From positions 1 to 27,300 of IMG/VR virus record IMGVR_UViG_3300020045_008364: 27,300 nucleotides of DNA; one strand, written 5' to 3'. The stretch's first letter is position 1. Each line of letters begins with the position of its first letter. A model generated the notes under the pieces. That model was not told the origin of the DNA. It ran no database searches and was given only the letters and a program-made list of their open reading frames with translations. This DNA comes from a virus (taxonomy: Duplodnaviria; Caudoviricetes). Position numbers and translations under genes: made by a program. This document shows positions 25,177 to 27,300 of this stretch, piece by piece.

Positions 25177-26369
25177 GGTGTCAATAAATCTTCAAGATAA
25201 GGATAGTTTCCGTATGTTATTGTTGTGTTTCCGAATGTGTATTGGCTGTAAACTACCGCTCCTATAGTTATTGTAATATTCGAAAAATTAATGTCTTCAT
25301 CAATTGCGCTAAATATTGCTGCAATAAGTGCTGATTGATAAAGAGTATCATGTCGATTATCTCCATCTGCTCCGGCTATGTAAGGCCGAATGTTATAAAG
25401 TAACGCTTCAATAGCTTCTGTTATAGCTGCAATTACCGGGGCTGATTTGTCTGATAAATCACTAATTGTGACAGTCACACCAATCGGCACTACTGGCAAT
25501 ACCTCAACTACTGCCTGTAATGGTCTCCGGCCTCGTTCGTTAAGTGGCTTTGAAGTGTCTGGGTCGATTTCAATTACTTCTTCAATATCTGTTAACATAC
25601 TTGCAGGCGGAACCCCTTCCGGGTTGCCTGGTAAACTATTTTCTGGCAATGCTTCAACAAAAACTTGTACGGTATATATAGCCCCACTTTTTGTATAAGG
25701 ATATACAGTTCTTACCCCGGTTGCATCTGCTGCCCATATACGGTAATCCGTAGCCGCTCCACCTTGTGGCTCTAGCTGAAACGATTCAACTATCAACCTT
25801 CTGTAATCTTCCAAACTTTCAGCATCAATTGCAGTCACATCTACGGTTGCAACTATTGCAAGTGCATTTACATTTGCAATCGGTGCGGTCGCTTCCAGTT
25901 CGTCACTTACTTGCAATGCGCTATCTGCTCCCGCTTCTAATGCAATTACTTCTATTTGTCCGGTTGTGCCTATTAGTGTTACTTCCGCCTTTACTTCGTA
26001 CATTTTTTCCGGGCTGGTTGAATCCAATGCGCTCTTAAATGTCAACCCCTTAACTATTACCCCTCCAATTGCACCCGTTACATTTAATGTGTATTCACCT
26101 GCAACTGCTGGGTAAGGATTGCGACCTAATTTTACCCGTCCGAATCTTTCGAGCGTGCCCCCTTGAAATTCCGAATCTGCGGTATCAACAAATATGTTTT
26201 TCTGAACCGCTGCGATATGTAGGTAAAACAGTTTTAGTTTAGCTGCTTGAACTATGGCTAATACCCGAAGCAATACTTTACCTATCCAAGTTCTTGTAAT
26301 TCCTAATTCAGTTCGTAAGTCATTTTCAATGCTTGTCTGAATCTGTGCCAGTGTTGGTATATCAGCCAT
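25173..26369 (-). CDS. Baseplate J-like protein (Mu gp47)
   Basis: IPTL..I, FVDTAD, DAESLEDYRR, PQGGAATDYRIWA...GV motifs. Confidence 0.9.
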   Translation of the reverse strand: MADIPTLAQIQTSIENDLRTELGITRTWIGKVLLRVLAIVQAAKLKLFYLHIAAVQKNIFVDTADSEFQGGTLERFGRVKLGRNPYPAVAGEYTLNVTGAIGGVIVKGLTFKSALDSTSPEKMYEVKAEVTLIGTTGQIEVIALEAGADSALQVSDELEATAPIANVNALAIVATVDVTAIDAESLEDYRRLIVESFQLEPQGGAATDYRIWAADATGVRTVYPYTKSGAIYTVQVFVEALPENSLPGNPEGVPPASMLTDIEEVIEIDPDTSKPLNERGRRPLQAVVEVLPVVPIGVTVTISDLSDKSAPVIAAITEAIEALLYNIRPYIAGADGDNRHDTLYQSALIAAIFSAIDEDINFSNITITIGAVVYSQYTFGNTTITYGNYPYLEDLLTP

Positions 26370-26815
26370 TATATAGTTATTTCTTCAATTAATTCCTGTT
26401 TTGTTGCTTCCCAATAAAAATCAACTTTCGATTGATTTATTTTATCGGAAATCTTTAATTTGTCTGTTCCTGTCAATTCTGCAGTGCTTTCAATTGTTGC
26501 TAGTTCGCTCATGAACTCGATGTCTTTTTTTGCTTCCCGTTCAATTATTACCCGGCCTGAGCTATTCAAAGATACTTCACTTAATGTTCGCTCAATGGAA
26601 CTATTCATTTGCGCCGAAGTTTCAAGAAATGAATTACCCCACCAATCGAACCGCTCAACGCCTTCAATTTCTTCGCCTGTTGTGGAAGCTTCCGTATTGC
26701 CTCCGAAATGTGATAGGTAAGGCATGTTAAACAAACTGTCAGTTGTTTCAATATCTCCTGCGTTTATTACTAATTCTCCTCCGTTTCCGGATTCATATAT
26801 CATGATGTCGTTCAT
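26369..26815 (-). CDS. Baseplate protein (Mu gp46-like)
   Basis: Acidic 148 aa with WWGN motif; precedes baseplate J. Confidence 0.7.
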   Translation of the reverse strand: MNDIMIYESGNGGELVINAGDIETTDSLFNMPYLSHFGGNTEASTTGEEIEGVERFDWWGNSFLETSAQMNSSIERTLSEVSLNSSGRVIIEREAKKDIEFMSELATIESTAELTGTDKLKISDKINQSKVDFYWEATKQELIEEITI

Positions 26816-26967
26816 TCGCTCATAAATTTTTCGTTTAAAATACCAGCTTTATATGGTACAATTGCCATTGGCATTTTTGTAAATAAATCTCTGTAATAGC
26901 TTATACCGTCTTCTTTAAATCGAAAAATATAAATCCATAATCTATTTTTATACATCTGCACTTTCAT
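26812..26967 (-). CDS. Small hypothetical protein (51 aa), absent from the ORF track
   Basis: MKVQMYKNRLWIYIFRF...MSE*; ATGA overlaps at both ends. Confidence 0.55.
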   Translation of the reverse strand: MKVQMYKNRLWIYIFRFKEDGISYYRDLFTKMPMAIVPYKAGILNEKFMSE

Positions 26968-27300
26968 CGTGTTTGTGTTGTTACCGGTATTTTAGCCGGG
27001 TTCATTTTTACGTTTGCTTTTTTATCGGTCTTATTCGATAGCTGGATCTCAAGTTGGTTCCTTGTTATTTCTTCGTATCTGTTTGCAGTTCCTTCCTGAG
27101 CCGCAGCCGCTACGTTAACAGGCTTTTCAGTGTTTACGTTTAGTTCCCCTTGTGTTTTATCTGAAAATTTATCAATAAGTTTCATTACCGGAGCAAGTGC
27201 CGCCTTAGAAATCTTTTTTATCCATTCCCATACAGCCTTTATTTTTTCCCAAACCCACGAAAAAGCCTGTCCTAAAGCATGAAATGCAACTCGTATAGGT
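26964..27300 (-). CDS. C-terminus of a probable tail tape-measure protein (partial)
   Basis: Frame stays open from 27185 to the window edge: PIRVAFHALGQAFSWVWEKIKAVWEWIKKISK, with amphipathic Trp periodicity; upstream of the baseplate genes. Confidence 0.65.
   Translation of the reverse strand, partial: PIRVAFHALGQAFSWVWEKIKAVWEWIKKISKAALAPVMKLIDKFSDKTQGELNVNTEKPVNVAAAAQEGTANRYEEITRNQLEIQLSNKTDKKANVKMNPAKIPVTTQTR

Noticed and set aside
849-26730. All plus-strand ORFs in the six-frame track
   Set aside because: Each is a short antisense shadow of a longer, motif-bearing minus-strand gene and has no recognisable features.

Overview
AT-rich fragment of a tailed phage or prophage, probably infecting Bacteroidota (a TAnnTTTG promoter motif and Bacteroidota-style signal peptides). 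All credible genes are on the minus strand, often coupled by ATGA/TAATG overlaps. In transcription order (right to left): end of a tape-measure gene; a Mu-like contractile-tail baseplate module; a block of signal-peptide-bearing beta-helix/fibre-like and membrane proteins; holin-like genes; a terminator; then an early promoter driving a Cro-like HTH gene, recombination genes (SbcC-like ATPase, RecT, MBL hydrolase) and an SNF2 helicase-DNA methyltransferase fusion. The main discovery is an integron-like system inside the early operon (8053-11740): a short tyrosine recombinase, an attI-like site, and five single-gene cassettes separated by attC-like hairpins of about 130 bp. Each cassette is bounded by its own 15-bp inverted repeat (GTTA...TAAC) with one mismatch, always at position 11. 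All cassette genes point opposite to the canonical integron orientation, so the phage early promoter would read them. A second oddity is a membrane-anchored HTH gene whose DNA is saturated with the palindrome (T)TGCA(A). All family assignments are by eye from motifs; no searches were run.
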